Shown: piece by piece, positions 37,553 to 50,800 of the stretch
Position numbering within the stretch: position 1 is the first letter of the stretch
Layout of the letters: every line of letters begins with the position of its first letter
Source of the DNA: a virus
Length of the DNA stretch: 64,000 nucleotides
Reading direction: 5' to 3' (one strand)
IMG/VR virus record: IMGVR_UViG_3300035698_005399
Location: 1-64,000 of that record
Translations under genes and position numbers: made by a program
The notes under the pieces: generated by a model
What the model was told of the DNA's origin: nothing
Databases searched by the model: none
The model's input: the letters and a program-made list of their open reading frames with translations, nothing else

Positions 37553-39806
37553 GAAATATAACAAAATGACCTTTGCTGATGTTAGCAAGGTAATGGCTCG
37601 TAAGTATAAGGGTCAAGACTTTGATCCTATTGCACAAAGGACATTAGACATGCAGATGCAAGAACTAATGGCTTTAAATGAAGCTGCTAAGCCACCAGAA
37701 CCACAAGGTATGCAATTTGCTAACGGTGGTTCTGTAGATGATACACAAGATAATAAGAAAAGTAAAGCTGAGCTTAAAAGAGAAGAAAGAAGCAGATTTT
37801 CTGCAAATAACCAAGCAATATTTAGTGAAGAATTAGATAATGCTGGAATATTTGGTCTTAAACGAGCACAGATACTAGCACAAACAGCATTAGAATCTGG
37901 AAATTTTGGGGAAACATATGGTAATCTATCAGAATATGGGGGAAATACTGAAGCTGCTGCCAGAAAATATTTTAAAAGATATGATGGCAAAAATGGAAAT
38001 ACAGAACCAGGTGATGGTTATCGCTATAGAGGTAGAGGTAATATAATGACTACTGGAAGAAAGGGGTACAGGGAAGCTGGTGAAAGATTAGGATTAGATT
38101 TAGAAAACAATCCTGATCTATTATTAGACCCCCGTAATGCTGCTTTAGCCGCCATAGATTATTGGGAGACCAATGTTGATGCTAGAATGAAAGGAAACTA
38201 TTCAGATACAGCAACAGCCACTAGGGCTATTAGAGGAGATACAGGAGATACATTTCCCGAAGAAGCTCATTTTGAAAAAAGAGAAGCTTATTTTGCTAAA
38301 CTTTCAAAATCAAATTCTGATAAAGCGGTTATAGTAAAACCAGAACCAGGGGGATATAAATGGAATCCTCAACGTAAATATACAACACCTCAAGCAGAAC
38401 AAGCAAAACCACCAATGATAATGAAATATGGAGGATATCACAGAAATGTAAATAGAAGAAGTCTATCAACTGGTGGAAATTTATCAAAGATGAGCCCGTT
38501 GTTTAATAAGCCTTGGTTAGATGGTATGGGACGTGGTGCTGTTAACAGTGTATTAGGGGAAGCAGATAATCAAATGCAAGCGACAATTAATAGTAGTCCT
38601 TATAGTAGAAATATTAGAGCTGCAAATCTAACAAATTCATTAGCTCCAGATGTTAGTAATATGAATTTTCAAGAATCACTTGAAACTGTAGCAATGGCAA
38701 ATATGAATTTTCCAAGATTGCAAAATTTTATTGGAACAGGAGGAATAAGTAACACAGTAGCACAACCTAGTCCAGGTAATATTAATAATCAAGGACAAAC
38801 GAGTCAAGCACAACAAGTTGCTATGAGGAATACACAAATACCTGGAGGGACTAATGGTCTTGGGAGCAATACATGGTATCCTCAACCAAATCAAAGAAGT
38901 GCACAAGCAGCACAACGTGTTCAAACAGGACCATTTCAAGATAATGCTCCAGCACCAATGCCAGCACCATCACAAGGTCCAGTTGTACAATTTCCACAAC
39001 AATCTAATCTTTTAAACACACCTAATTATAATGCCTCATTGACTCCAGATTATAGCAATCCTCCTCCACAAGAAGCAGATCTAGCTGATCCCACAACTCC
39101 ACAACAACGTCAAGGATTGTTTGGTGATATTACTACCGGAGATAAAATGCAATTGGCAAGTAGTATTCCTAGTGCAGCATATAATTTAATGCAGTCCTTT
39201 AAACCAGCAGAACAATATTCTCCTACTGTAAATGAACAAGCTGGTAAAGCCATGTCTCAATTAGACAACCTTAGTATTGATATGCAACCATTAATTAATC
39301 AAAATAATCTAGCATTTAATACTGCTAGAAGACAACTTGGTAATCAAATGGGCGGTGGAGCATTAGCAGCTAATTTAGCTAATTTGACTTCCAATACTAA
39401 TCAGAATATGAATCAGGCTCAATTGTCTGGTCAACAACTAAATAATCAGTATAAGACTCAAGCCGCATCTACACGCATGAACTTGGGTGAAGCTGATAGA
39501 GCAGCAGCAGAACAGTCTAGAGGACTTAACATTGCAGCTAAGGCTACTAAGCAGAACTTTGCAGCAACAGCAGCAGGTCAACTTGGAGAAGGATTGAATC
39601 AATCTGGACAAGCTCTTAACTCAGGCAAGTTTAATAAACTAGTAACAGGCTTGGCTAAATCTGCCAACTTCTACTTTAATTCAAATACTAATACAATTGA
39701 TATAGCATCATATAAAACAGATCACCCAGATGAATACGCTGCTGTTCTAGCACAATTTGGTGGTGATGAAAAGAAAGTAATAGCATACTTCCAAAAGAAA
39801 GGATAA
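37542..39806 (+). CDS. Putative ejected cargo protein with GH19 (chitinase/lysozyme-like) domain
   Basis: LAQTALESGNF, GN...GDGYRYRGRG...TG...Y, NPDLL.....AA..A..YW. Gln/Asn-rich C-terminus. Confidence 0.8.
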   Translation: MLNKKYNKMTFADVSKVMARKYKGQDFDPIAQRTLDMQMQELMALNEAAKPPEPQGMQFANGGSVDDTQDNKKSKAELKREERSRFSANNQAIFSEELDNAGIFGLKRAQILAQTALESGNFGETYGNLSEYGGNTEAAARKYFKRYDGKNGNTEPGDGYRYRGRGNIMTTGRKGYREAGERLGLDLENNPDLLLDPRNAALAAIDYWETNVDARMKGNYSDTATATRAIRGDTGDTFPEEAHFEKREAYFAKLSKSNSDKAVIVKPEPGGYKWNPQRKYTTPQAEQAKPPMIMKYGGYHRNVNRRSLSTGGNLSKMSPLFNKPWLDGMGRGAVNSVLGEADNQMQATINSSPYSRNIRAANLTNSLAPDVSNMNFQESLETVAMANMNFPRLQNFIGTGGISNTVAQPSPGNINNQGQTSQAQQVAMRNTQIPGGTNGLGSNTWYPQPNQRSAQAAQRVQTGPFQDNAPAPMPAPSQGPVVQFPQQSNLLNTPNYNASLTPDYSNPPPQEADLADPTTPQQRQGLFGDITTGDKMQLASSIPSAAYNLMQSFKPAEQYSPTVNEQAGKAMSQLDNLSIDMQPLINQNNLAFNTARRQLGNQMGGGALAANLANLTSNTNQNMNQAQLSGQQLNNQYKTQAASTRMNLGEADRAAAEQSRGLNIAAKATKQNFAATAAGQLGEGLNQSGQALNSGKFNKLVTGLAKSANFYFNSNTNTIDIASYKTDHPDEYAAVLAQFGGDEKKVIAYFQKKG

Positions 39807-39807
39807 T

Positions 39808-41802
39808 ATGATCTCACCAGGAATGCAACCCGCACAAGGGCCAAGTCAACATAAATTCTATGAATTACCAGCTAATGAAATATTTAAGCTGGTTAATCAA
39901 AGACAATCAACTTATGACGTACAAGCAGAAAAACTTGGTGCCATGAGTGATATGATGAGTGCGTTAGACATTCATGAAAATTATCATCCAGAATATGGTA
40001 AGCAGGTAGAGGCTATTACTAGTGAAATTGATAGATTAACTAATGGTCAACATGACCTAACACAACCAGATGGGATTCGTTCACTAAACATGCTTAAGCG
40101 CCGTGTAGGTAGACAGTTTGGTCCAGATGGTGACTTTGGCATTATGGCGCAAGCAACTAGTCAATATAGAAAACAAGCTGCTCAATATGATGAAACTTAT
40201 AAAGATAATCAGAGATGGGCCGCTGCTTATAAAGAAGGATTATCACCCGCAGGATTAGAAAAAGATCCCATTACAGGACTTAGAAATCTTACACCCTCAC
40301 AGTCTTTATTTGCTGCCGAACCCGTAACACAAGAAGCCATAAATAAAGCTAGTATACAAGCCATCAGCGCGGTTGCTTCTAGTACTATTGGTCAAGAACT
40401 TGGAATTGTGGATGTTGAAGGTTTAGTTAAAGTCCTTAAATCAAGTTCAACCGAAGCCGTTCAAAAAAAGGAATTAATGAGGATATTGGATACATATCTA
40501 GATGGTAATGGTGAATTGACTAAAAGTAGAATGATTGAAAATTTGATTGATATGAAGGGAAATCCTATATTTGATCAAATGTCTGAACAAGAAAGATTAG
40601 AAGATGCTGAAGAAATGGCTAGAGAAGATGTGCTATCTATAATTACAGGCATAGCAGATCCCGCAGCATGGGAGAAAATTAATAATTCAATCAGTGTGCT
40701 TAGTGGAGATGACAAAGACGACGGGAATAATATAAATGATCCTAGTGCAAAATATGAACCGGCTAAACCTGGAAATAAGGATGATGAACTAACTGGAAAA
40801 AAAGGACAAGAAGCACTAGGTCTTGTTAATTGGGACGGAAAAAATAATTCTATTCCTCCTGATTTTATGGAATATCACGATAAGGTTGAAGAACGTATTC
40901 TAAATGGTGGTGGCCATAATACAGTAGAAATAAGAATGCAACAAACATATGATAGATATGAGCGTGAAGGTAATGAAAAAGGTGCCGCTAAAATGTTAGA
41001 GAATATAAAATCACATGCTCAAGAAAGATATGATAAAGAATATGGTGGTAATAGAAAAAAATATGAAGAAATCACAACTAGATTAAATGACAACGGGATT
41101 ACATTTGCTACACCTGAAGAAGAAATTGCATTTGTACAAGAAGCTTATACAAATGTGTCTAGACAACTAAGTGCTCCTGTATTCATACCTAGAAATCAAT
41201 TAAAAGATAGTTGGTCAGGATTAAAAACTTCACTTGAAGAGGTTATGACTGTTAATCTTGATATGATGGTTACTCCTCACGATAGTTATTCTAATGAACC
41301 ACAAAAAATACATAAGTTTATTGCTGGGCCAGAAGGATTAGGACATGGGGTAGAACCATACGAAGCAAAAAGATTTACAAATCCACAAATTACTGGTATT
41401 CGAGATGATGGAAAGATAATAATGAAAGTTACTGTAAAGCACGGTAAAGTTCAAGAAGACGTATCATTTGCAACGAAAAGTAATATGGAAGCATTTACCG
41501 AATCCACACGATTAAATAGTCAAGTATATGACATTCTTAATGATGAAGATAACAAATTAGCATTGAGCATGGGGGAGGCAATTGATCTGTATACTCCCGC
41601 AACATATATGGTTACTGATACTGAATCAGGTGAACAAATTATGTTAGAAGAACCAAAAGTACAATTGGTATTAATTAATCCAGAAACACATGAGTTGTTT
41701 AGTGAGCCCCATGTCATAATGGATGGTGAATATGATATGCCATTATCAAGCTATAGAAGGCAAAACGAACAATACTTGATGGAAGTATTATCACAATATT
41801 AA
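39808..41802 (+). CDS. Putative ejected cargo protein
   Basis: 664-aa helical ORF between the cargo and vRNAP genes. Confidence 0.65.
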   Translation: MISPGMQPAQGPSQHKFYELPANEIFKLVNQRQSTYDVQAEKLGAMSDMMSALDIHENYHPEYGKQVEAITSEIDRLTNGQHDLTQPDGIRSLNMLKRRVGRQFGPDGDFGIMAQATSQYRKQAAQYDETYKDNQRWAAAYKEGLSPAGLEKDPITGLRNLTPSQSLFAAEPVTQEAINKASIQAISAVASSTIGQELGIVDVEGLVKVLKSSSTEAVQKKELMRILDTYLDGNGELTKSRMIENLIDMKGNPIFDQMSEQERLEDAEEMAREDVLSIITGIADPAAWEKINNSISVLSGDDKDDGNNINDPSAKYEPAKPGNKDDELTGKKGQEALGLVNWDGKNNSIPPDFMEYHDKVEERILNGGGHNTVEIRMQQTYDRYEREGNEKGAAKMLENIKSHAQERYDKEYGGNRKKYEEITTRLNDNGITFATPEEEIAFVQEAYTNVSRQLSAPVFIPRNQLKDSWSGLKTSLEEVMTVNLDMMVTPHDSYSNEPQKIHKFIAGPEGLGHGVEPYEAKRFTNPQITGIRDDGKIIMKVTVKHGKVQEDVSFATKSNMEAFTESTRLNSQVYDILNDEDNKLALSMGEAIDLYTPATYMVTDTESGEQIMLEEPKVQLVLINPETHELFSEPHVIMDGEYDMPLSSYRRQNEQYLMEVLSQY

Positions 41803-41806
41803 AATT

Positions 41807-44800
41807 ATGAGATCAGTTAATGCTGGTGGTTCTAAAGAGCCAATTAAAACAGGAGAAGTAGTTAATTCAGGTAATACTGATAATTCAATTGAATTTAAAA
41901 AATTAAGATCTGTAAACCCCTCATCGGGTACAAGTTTTTATGCTCCTGATCCAAAAGGGCAACATCAAGGATTAAATCTAGAAGATACTTATAATCAAGA
42001 ATTAGTAAATAAGGTTATTGCAAATAATCAATCAGGTTATGATAAAGCATTTAATGCTATTGTTGGTGGTATTGCATCTGGTGGTTTAACTGCTGTTGAA
42101 GACTTGAGTTATATGGCTCAATCTGCCGCAGACCTTCTCAGTAAAGGTAAATTGATTGATGAGTGGGAAAGAAATGCTGTTGCTGAAGCAATGCAAAAAG
42201 CTAAAGAAAACTTATCAGAAGCGTTACCTATTTATGGTAATCCTATGGGATTTTGGAATTCTACTAAATCAGTACTTGATTCAGCTATTGGATTTGCATT
42301 ACCCGGCGCTTTGGCTATTAAAGGTGTGTCTGCTATTCAGAAACTACCAAGAGCCTTACAGCTCGCAACACGTTCTAAGAGAGCACATGCTTATTTAGAA
42401 ATGATGCGAGCTAGTGGTGGAGTAGAAAGAATTACTAATGCTCTTGCCGCAGGTACTTTACAGAACCATGCTGAAGGTGTTATGATGGGAATGGAGGTAT
42501 ATGAAAATACTTTAAATAATCAATTAGAAGCAAATCCTAATGCTACAAAAGAACAAACAGATAGATATGAATTAGCAGCTAATGATGCTGCTGATAGATT
42601 TTTAGTGGCTAACAGAGCAATGATTTTAAGTGACGCGTTTAGTTTACATGGTATTTATCAAGGTAAACAAATGGTGCGTAATTTAATGAATGCTCCAGGT
42701 TGGCAAAATAGATTTCGTCAATTTGGTACAAGCTTAGTTAAACCTAATGCTGACAACCTAATTTTACAAAATGCTAAAGAAGGCGTTGAAGAAATCTATC
42801 AAGGTGTACAACAAAAGGAACAAGAATATCAAGCTTTAAAGAGTGCTAATTTAGATATTAGTACATATGAAGCAGAAACGTTTGATAGAATTTGGGGCTT
42901 TATTACAGAACCCACTACATTATATGAAGGACTATTAGGATTTGTTGGCGGTGGCGCACAGAGAATTATAACAGAGGCCGCAGCAGGCAAATTCTCTTCA
43001 TCATCTAGAGCACAAAAGGCTCAAGCATATGAACAACAACAAGCAGTAATTCAAGCATCACAAGAATATCTAGATGGTTCATTGCGTGATGTTAGAAAAG
43101 TTGTAAATTTTGTAGAGCAAGCATCAGGAACAGAGTCTAGTGTACTAGGCGAAACAGTAATGGATAAAAAATTCATTGAAATTGCTGTAATGAACTTTGA
43201 AGCAGGTACCACGGAATCATTAGAAAGACAATTAGATGCTATTATTGAGAATGAAGAAGGTACTTATGAAAAAGAAGCTATTAGTGATGCTAGACGACAT
43301 AAAGAATTATTAGGCAAATTAGAAACTCAATATATTAAATTTGCTAAGTATGAAAATCAATTAACTTTATTTGATAATAGACAAGCATACGATCTAACTA
43401 ATAGATATGCTGATGATGTTAACAAGAGAAAGCAAATAGCATTTACAACATTACAAAAAGAAGCTGCCTTATTAGTTGAAGGACAAACTATTGCTCAAGA
43501 TGAAAATGGTGTTATTAAAAATGCTCCATTCATACTTGATCCTACTTCAGATACTTTAATAGGTGTTGATGATGCAGCTAAAGAAAAATATGAAAAGGCT
43601 CTAAATCAATTAAAAGATACAGAAGCTTACAAAGAGTGGAAGGCTTTAAGTAATCAACATGATAAATTACTTGGTAAAAGAAAACTATTAAATGATGCAT
43701 ATAAAAGAGATATTGATCCAACCAGACAAGTAGATTTATACAGAGTTAGAAAAGAAAAGGAAGAAAAAATTGTTAAAAGGGCTGCAGAAATTGTTCAAGA
43801 AGAAATTGATGCTGCACAAGAAGCAGCAGTAAATGAAAGTATAGAGAAGAAAAAAGCAGATGCTCCAACAAAAGCAAAAGCTAAGCCTACAGAAACCACT
43901 GAAGAAAAAACTACTCCTCTTAGTGAACAAGAAGAAGCTGAACAATCATTTCTACCAGTACCTCTTGCTACTAATGAAGATGGTACTACACAAGAAGGAC
44001 AAGATGAATCTACTACTGAATCATCATTAGAGGCCATGTCTAAAGAATTGACATCTACTGGTCTTATGACTGCTCCTGAACTTGATAGAGTTGATGAGGC
44101 TAGAAAGATATTAGCTAAAATTAAAGCTGATATTGCAGAAGGTATTAAGAATGGTTTAACTGTAGAACAAATTGTAGCTCAGGTATTGTCTAAAGGATAT
44201 AATTTTAGTTCAGATCAAATTGATAGTTTATATGATTATATTGAATCGCGTATTGAAAGATATAATAGATTAGGCGCACGAGATTCTTTAGATCCAATTG
44301 GTGATCTTAGAGAATTACATGAGGCTGAAGCATTAGCTGAAACAGAAGAAGAAAAAGGCGAAGTTGAAATTGCAATTGCAGAAATAAACAAGCCTTCGGT
44401 ATTTGCACCAGTTGATGCTCAACAATTATTTGATCATTACATAGAAACTATTAAAGGAGCAATTACTCCTTGGAGTACAATAGAAGATATTATTGAAGCT
44501 CTTAAAGCTTCTGATGCTGATTTTGCTGATAGATATGAAAGAACTGATAAAGAAACTTTTCATGCTAAAATTGATAACTTAGTTACTGAATTTCTTAATG
44601 ATGCGTTTGAAGAAGAAGTTGACCAAAATCAAAGACGTTTAGAAGACGATAGACAGAAAGATGAAGTTACTCAAGAAAAAGAAGATGCTGTTGAAAAAAT
44701 TGATGAAAAAACCAAAGAAAGTACTGTTCTTAATTTGGAAGGTGCTGTTATTGGATTAACATATAGAGCTAGTATTTCGAGTAGTGGTGATGTTAATGCT

Positions 44801-47800
44801 GAAACAATTGAAGACTTAGAGGCATTTATTTTTGATAACCCTTGGTATAATAGTCTTATTCTTGACAGAGAGCATATTAAGGTTGGTTCAAAGCTTACAT
44901 TAAGAGTAATAGACCATCGTAGAGATGGTAAAAAATGGACACATAAAGTAAAAGGCGTTGATGTAAACCAAGATGTATTTAAGGAAGAAGTTCCTATTGA
45001 AGAATATATGGACAAAGTATACATTGGTGCTTTTGATAGCAATGATGAAATGATTGGTTTAGTATATGCTCCATTCCAAGTATCAAATTTTAAAGGCAAG
45101 CAAGCTAATAGAAAAATTAGACAGGCTGTTGTTGAAAATGGTGATGTTGAAATGGAAGTAGATACTATTACGGCTGGTGCGATAGCTCGTATGGGCAAAA
45201 GGGCTGCTTTCGCAACTAATATGCCAGATAGTCCTATTTTATTAAATGATGGTACTATATTTACAGGCGATCACCCTCCTAAAGGATTTCCATTATTATT
45301 TAAAGGAGAAGATATTAAGTCATATAGAGGTACTACATTTACTTATATTCAAACAGTGGATGGGCCAATTCCAATTCCTTTAAACGTAAATAAAGCTAGA
45401 AATATAGATGGCGTTATAGACATCTTGATTAAAGCTACAGAAAGCTTTTTCACACAAGATACTAAATCAGCAACAGAATTTAGAGACACCATTAAAGAAA
45501 AAACCAATATTGATATATTTAGTGAAGCAGGATTAAGAGCTTTCTTTAACAGATATGTATATGCTGCTGATGGCGGTATTATGAGCGATATGGCAAAAAG
45601 AAAATCTACATATGGTGGAGTTTCTATTTGGAATAGAGAAGGAGTATCTATTGTTGAATATGGTTTAGGTGGTGAAAAGAAAACAAATAGTTTCAGTGCT
45701 GCAAGAATGGAATCTAATCCAGAAAACTTGGGTGTGGCTATGAAATCTTTAAGAAATGCATTAGCTCATACTTTCCTTAAAGTAAATAAAGCTAATCTGG
45801 ATGGGTTAGATAGCAAATATACTGTATTAACTCTTGACAAAAATGGTAGCATTCATGATATAAATGAAGGAAAAACATATAGAGAATTTCTTGCAGAAAA
45901 AGTATTTGCAACAAATGTTGCTACACCTAAGCTAAGCAATGGTAAGAGAGCACACACCATTAGTGATGTGATTACATTGAAACCTGTAGGAGAGCAGCTT
46001 AAAAGAGCTGTAGAGAATCCTACTGTAGAAGTAAATGAAAAAGAAGAAGAAGCTATAGAAAATACTGCTGAAACTAGAGCAAAAGCAATCTTGGCCAAAA
46101 GGAAAGCTAAAAAAGCTAATACTGACTTAGATGATTATCTACCAGATTTTGATTCTGATAAATCTGATACTAAATCATCACCAGACATTATAACTATAGA
46201 TAATGACGATTTATTAATTGAACATCTTACTTCTACGGAACAGATTCAAATTATAGATTATCTTGCTTCTGAAATTGCTAATCTGGCATTACAAAGTGAT
46301 AATCTTAAAGCACAAGATGCTGATATAAGTGAAGTATTTAGAGGTTTTGAAAAAAAGCTTAGAGATTCTGTTGAGACACAAGAATGGTTGGCTGGAATAG
46401 ATGACACATTTAATTTAGAAGCAGCTAAAGCCAAAGTTAAATCTCTTATTGCTAGAATTGATTTTCTTGAAAAATTAGTTAAAAATAGATTATCTGTTAT
46501 TGGTGTTGTTAATGAAAATAACACAGAAGTTGCCGATACTTTAATAGAACGTAATACTTATAGTGAAGGATTTAGTCTTACATTAAATCCTAAAGATACT
46601 GCGGGTGCTAAGCTTAAGTATTGGTTGATGCGAATCAAGATGGAAGCCAATGGAGAGACTGTTCAATCAGATTTTACAGAAACCACAGGTGTAGAATTTG
46701 ATAGATATATCCCATATGATCATGCTTTTGAAGTATTGAGTGAAATTACTGCAGGACATCCTGCTGATTGGGATACTATGTTAGAAGTCATTAGAATAAA
46801 TCAAGGTAATCTTGTTTGGTTACCAGGTTTATATAATGAGATAAAAGATGTAAAAGACGAACAATTACAGAATCAGTTTATTACTGCTATGACCAAGCGT
46901 AATACAAACATGAAGAAAGCAGCATTTCGTCGTAATGCAGAAAATGAATTCTTCTTTTCTGTTATAGATGAAAACTCTAACTCTGTCACACAAGCTACTT
47001 TGGAAAAATGGCAAATTAACTTCTTGAATAATGAAAAAATGTTCATTCATAAAGAAGGCAAAAAGACATTAGATAAAGATCGTTTAAAAGAATTAGAAAG
47101 AATTCATGATGCATTAACTCTTCGTTTGATTAAAAGTGAAAATGTGCCACTAGCAGAAATCAATGAGTTGTTAGGAGAATTTGGTATCTCTATATCTAAA
47201 AAGATTTATGATAAGCTTGCTTCTAAAAATAAAGATGGTCATTTAACTCTTTTTAGAAATGGTGAAAAATACACTTATAATATAGCTCAAGTTTTTCAAG
47301 GATTTGGTCCATTTAGTAAAAAAATATTAATTGCCCCATTAGCAAAAGATGATAGTATTACTGACGAGTTTAACTTGTTTAGTGATAACAGTTTATTTTC
47401 AATGGCTAGATATGTTGGTCAACATGATCCAACACTTTCTTCTAACAGTTTTAGAGTAGGTGATAAAAGTATTTATGCATATCGCCTAAACAACTTGATT
47501 ACTGAAAGAATAGAAGAATTAAAAGACCCGCGTAAAGCTTTGCCATTAATGAAAATGGCTTACAACAAACACGCCGGTATTTTAGAACACATGTATAAAA
47601 AAGAAAAAGGTGAATTTGTCTTTGATGAAAACGGATTACCCATTATCAAAGATGAATCATTTGTTGACTTGTTTCAAATATCAGACTTATCACTAGAAGC
47701 ATTAAAAGACCTAACCTCTTCATTAGAAGGTGCTGGTCTTATAGATCTAGATGAAGGTAGTCATGAATTTGCTAAAGTTATTTTATACCAAGCTAAACAA

Positions 47801-50800
47801 AGAAGACTCAAGCACTCTCAAAAAAGAGTTGGTACTATGTTATTTCCAACTTTTTCTGATAAGACTGGAGCAGACATGGTGCAAACTTATCTTGAAGATG
47901 TAGTTTTAAATGATGATGGTACTTTATCAGATCAAACTGCAGAACTAATCTATCAAAGAGTAGTTAGACCTGAAGTAAATAGAATTAAAGCAAATGCGAA
48001 TCGTAAAGAAAAATATAACATCAAGTCATATAATGCTGGTGCCGCGTTATTCTATGCGTTTCCAGAACTAAATGATAGAGAAGCATTCCCAGAACTATAT
48101 GATAAGGGTATACTTAAGCCTATGGATATAGTTTCAAAGGCCGCTATTAGAAGTGCTATTAAAGCGCACTATCAAAAACTAATTGATAATAAAGTAGCGG
48201 ACTGGAAGAAGCATGGGTTAGATGATAAAATGGATAAAAACTATAAGAAATTATTAAGAGAATCTATTGCCCAAAAAAATATCACTCCAGAACATATGCT
48301 TAGGGCTGCTGCCGCTGATTTTGAAGTAAACTATACATTGAACACAGCAGATATGTTCAAATTGTTTCATGGTGATCCAGCATTATATTTTAAAATTAGC
48401 GATAAGGATGTCAAAAACAAACAAAAAAACAAAAAGAATTTAAATGCTGCTGACTATATACAAATTGTAAAAGATACATTTACTAACGTTGGTAAACGTC
48501 TAGCTGCAGATATTGCACCGGGTCAAAACATTGCATATGATTTCAAATCAAGTTTCAGAATGGTATTGTTACCAGATCAGAAAAGGGAATCAACGTCTTT
48601 ACCTTATTACGCAAGACTTAAGATCAAAGGACTCAATGACTACAAAGAAATTGAAGGCGCAGATGCTCAAGAATTTACTACATTCGCTGAGCACTTGGAG
48701 ATACTTTTCAAAATGGGTAAGCTACCTACTGGAGTTTATAAAAATGCGTTAGAGAAATATACCACCTGGGTCAAAAAAGAAAAGGCTGGAATACCTCTTA
48801 CAAAAGATGATTATATTAGTAAGAAAGATTTAGGATTGGTGATGCAACCACTTAAACCAGTATATACTAATAACATCGCAACCGATGGTGTTTATCGTAG
48901 AATTTATATCAAGTCTTCATCCATTCCATTACTTCCACAGTTAACCAACGGTTTAGAAATAGACAAGTTGCGTAAAGCTATGGAAAGAGATGGTATTGAT
49001 AGAGCTGCATTTGGTACTGCGTTTAAAGTAGGTGCTCCACTTAATCCTATTGAGGGCATGTGGAATCCCGATAGTACAATTAATGAAGATACACTTAGCT
49101 TCAAAGATTCTCCTGCAGTATTAGTTCTTCCTAGAAAAGGATTTAGAATTCAACAAGAGATTCCTGATAAGGATGAACAGGTTAACCCTGGTTCACAGGA
49201 AAGAAAGCTTCTATTCACTGACCTATTGCATATAGATGGAATGAAAGAGTTGAAAAATGAATTTAATTCCGCTTGGGATTCATTATTTGAATTGCGTAAA
49301 AAGGTATTGTATAACGAACTAAATGATGAAAATAATAAACTAGATTTCAATAAGCTTCAGACAATGTTAAAGGAAGAAGCTGTATCTCGCAACTGGCCTA
49401 TCAATGATAGACTAGCATTAGAAGTAATGAATGATCAGTTCACACTGCCTCTATGGGCAATGCAGTCTAGAGGACGTATTGAAGCATTACTTAATAGTAT
49501 TATTGACAATAAAATTCGTAAGATTAAGTTTCCAGGCAAATCATTTGTACTTGCCACAGAAGAAGGTTTTAGACAACTACAGGGAACTGATTTAAAAAAC
49601 AGTGGTATTAAGTTTAATAAATATTGGAAGGGCGAATTAACACATACTTCTGCTGACAAACAAACAACTGATGTAATTGTTCCTTGGAAATATACTAATG
49701 ATAAAGGTGAAAAAATACCCATCCCTTTAACTTCAGAAGGACTGGTTGATACTGATAAATTAGGTGATGAAGATTTAGGTAGAATGTTTGGATTCCGTAT
49801 CCCAACACAAGGCTTGAATTCAATGGCTAACATTCGTGTAGTAGGGTATTTACCTGCTGAAATGGGTGATGTTATTATTGCATCTAGAGATTTTACAAAG
49901 CAAATGGGTTCTGACTTTGATGTTGATAAATTATATTCATACAGAAAGCATTACTATACTGATAATCAAGGTAAGATAAGAACCATTACAGAAAAGACTA
50001 TTGCTGCAGATCTCCCCAAACATATGCAAAACAAGCTTGTAGAAATGAAGTTGATTAATAAAATAATTGACATTCACTATCAAGTAATGGATAATTCAGA
50101 TGTGGAAATCCAAAAAAGAATTGCAGAACCACTATCTTTTCAAGAACTTAAAAAACAAGACGCTGAAGGTAATGAAATTGGTCTTGCTAAAAAACATGAT
50201 GATTTAAGAAATCAAAATACTGATAAGAGTTTCTTCTCACCAATGTCAAGTAATTATCAAAGAGGTAAATTGATTAATGGTACTGCTGGTAAAGCTGGTG
50301 TTGGCGCATTCTCGTTAGACTCTGTGTTTAATGCTATGATTCAAGGTAGAAATGTAACTGTTACTAATTTCCAAAAGACTATGTTTGGAATTACAACTAA
50401 TGGTGATTTAAGTAGTCCGTTTGTTCTATCAGATAATGGTAGAACTAAAGGAGAAGTTGTATCAGGATATCAGTCTGCTGCAGTTGATAATGAAAACGAA
50501 CAGATTCTTGACAAGTTAAATATTAATAAACATACATTTGCTTTCATTCGTGCAATGAATCAATTAGGGTATGAAGAATCTCATGCGGCAGCTATTTTAA
50601 ATCAGCCAATTATTAGAAAACTGGTTGCGAGATTAGGTGCAGCAGAATCTCCTTTGTCTGATGATCAAGTAAATGATGATAGTGTATTACTAGACGAACT
50701 TACAAAAGAATTTGAAGAAATCAAAATAAACCCAGATATAAACTTATCTGTTGAAGAATATGAAAAGGCTATCCCAGGTGATAAGAGTGTTCCATACTAT

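Noticed and set aside
48056-48104. Short imperfect duplication AFPELND/AFPELYD in the RNAP region
   Set aside because: A single local duplication with no evidence of function.
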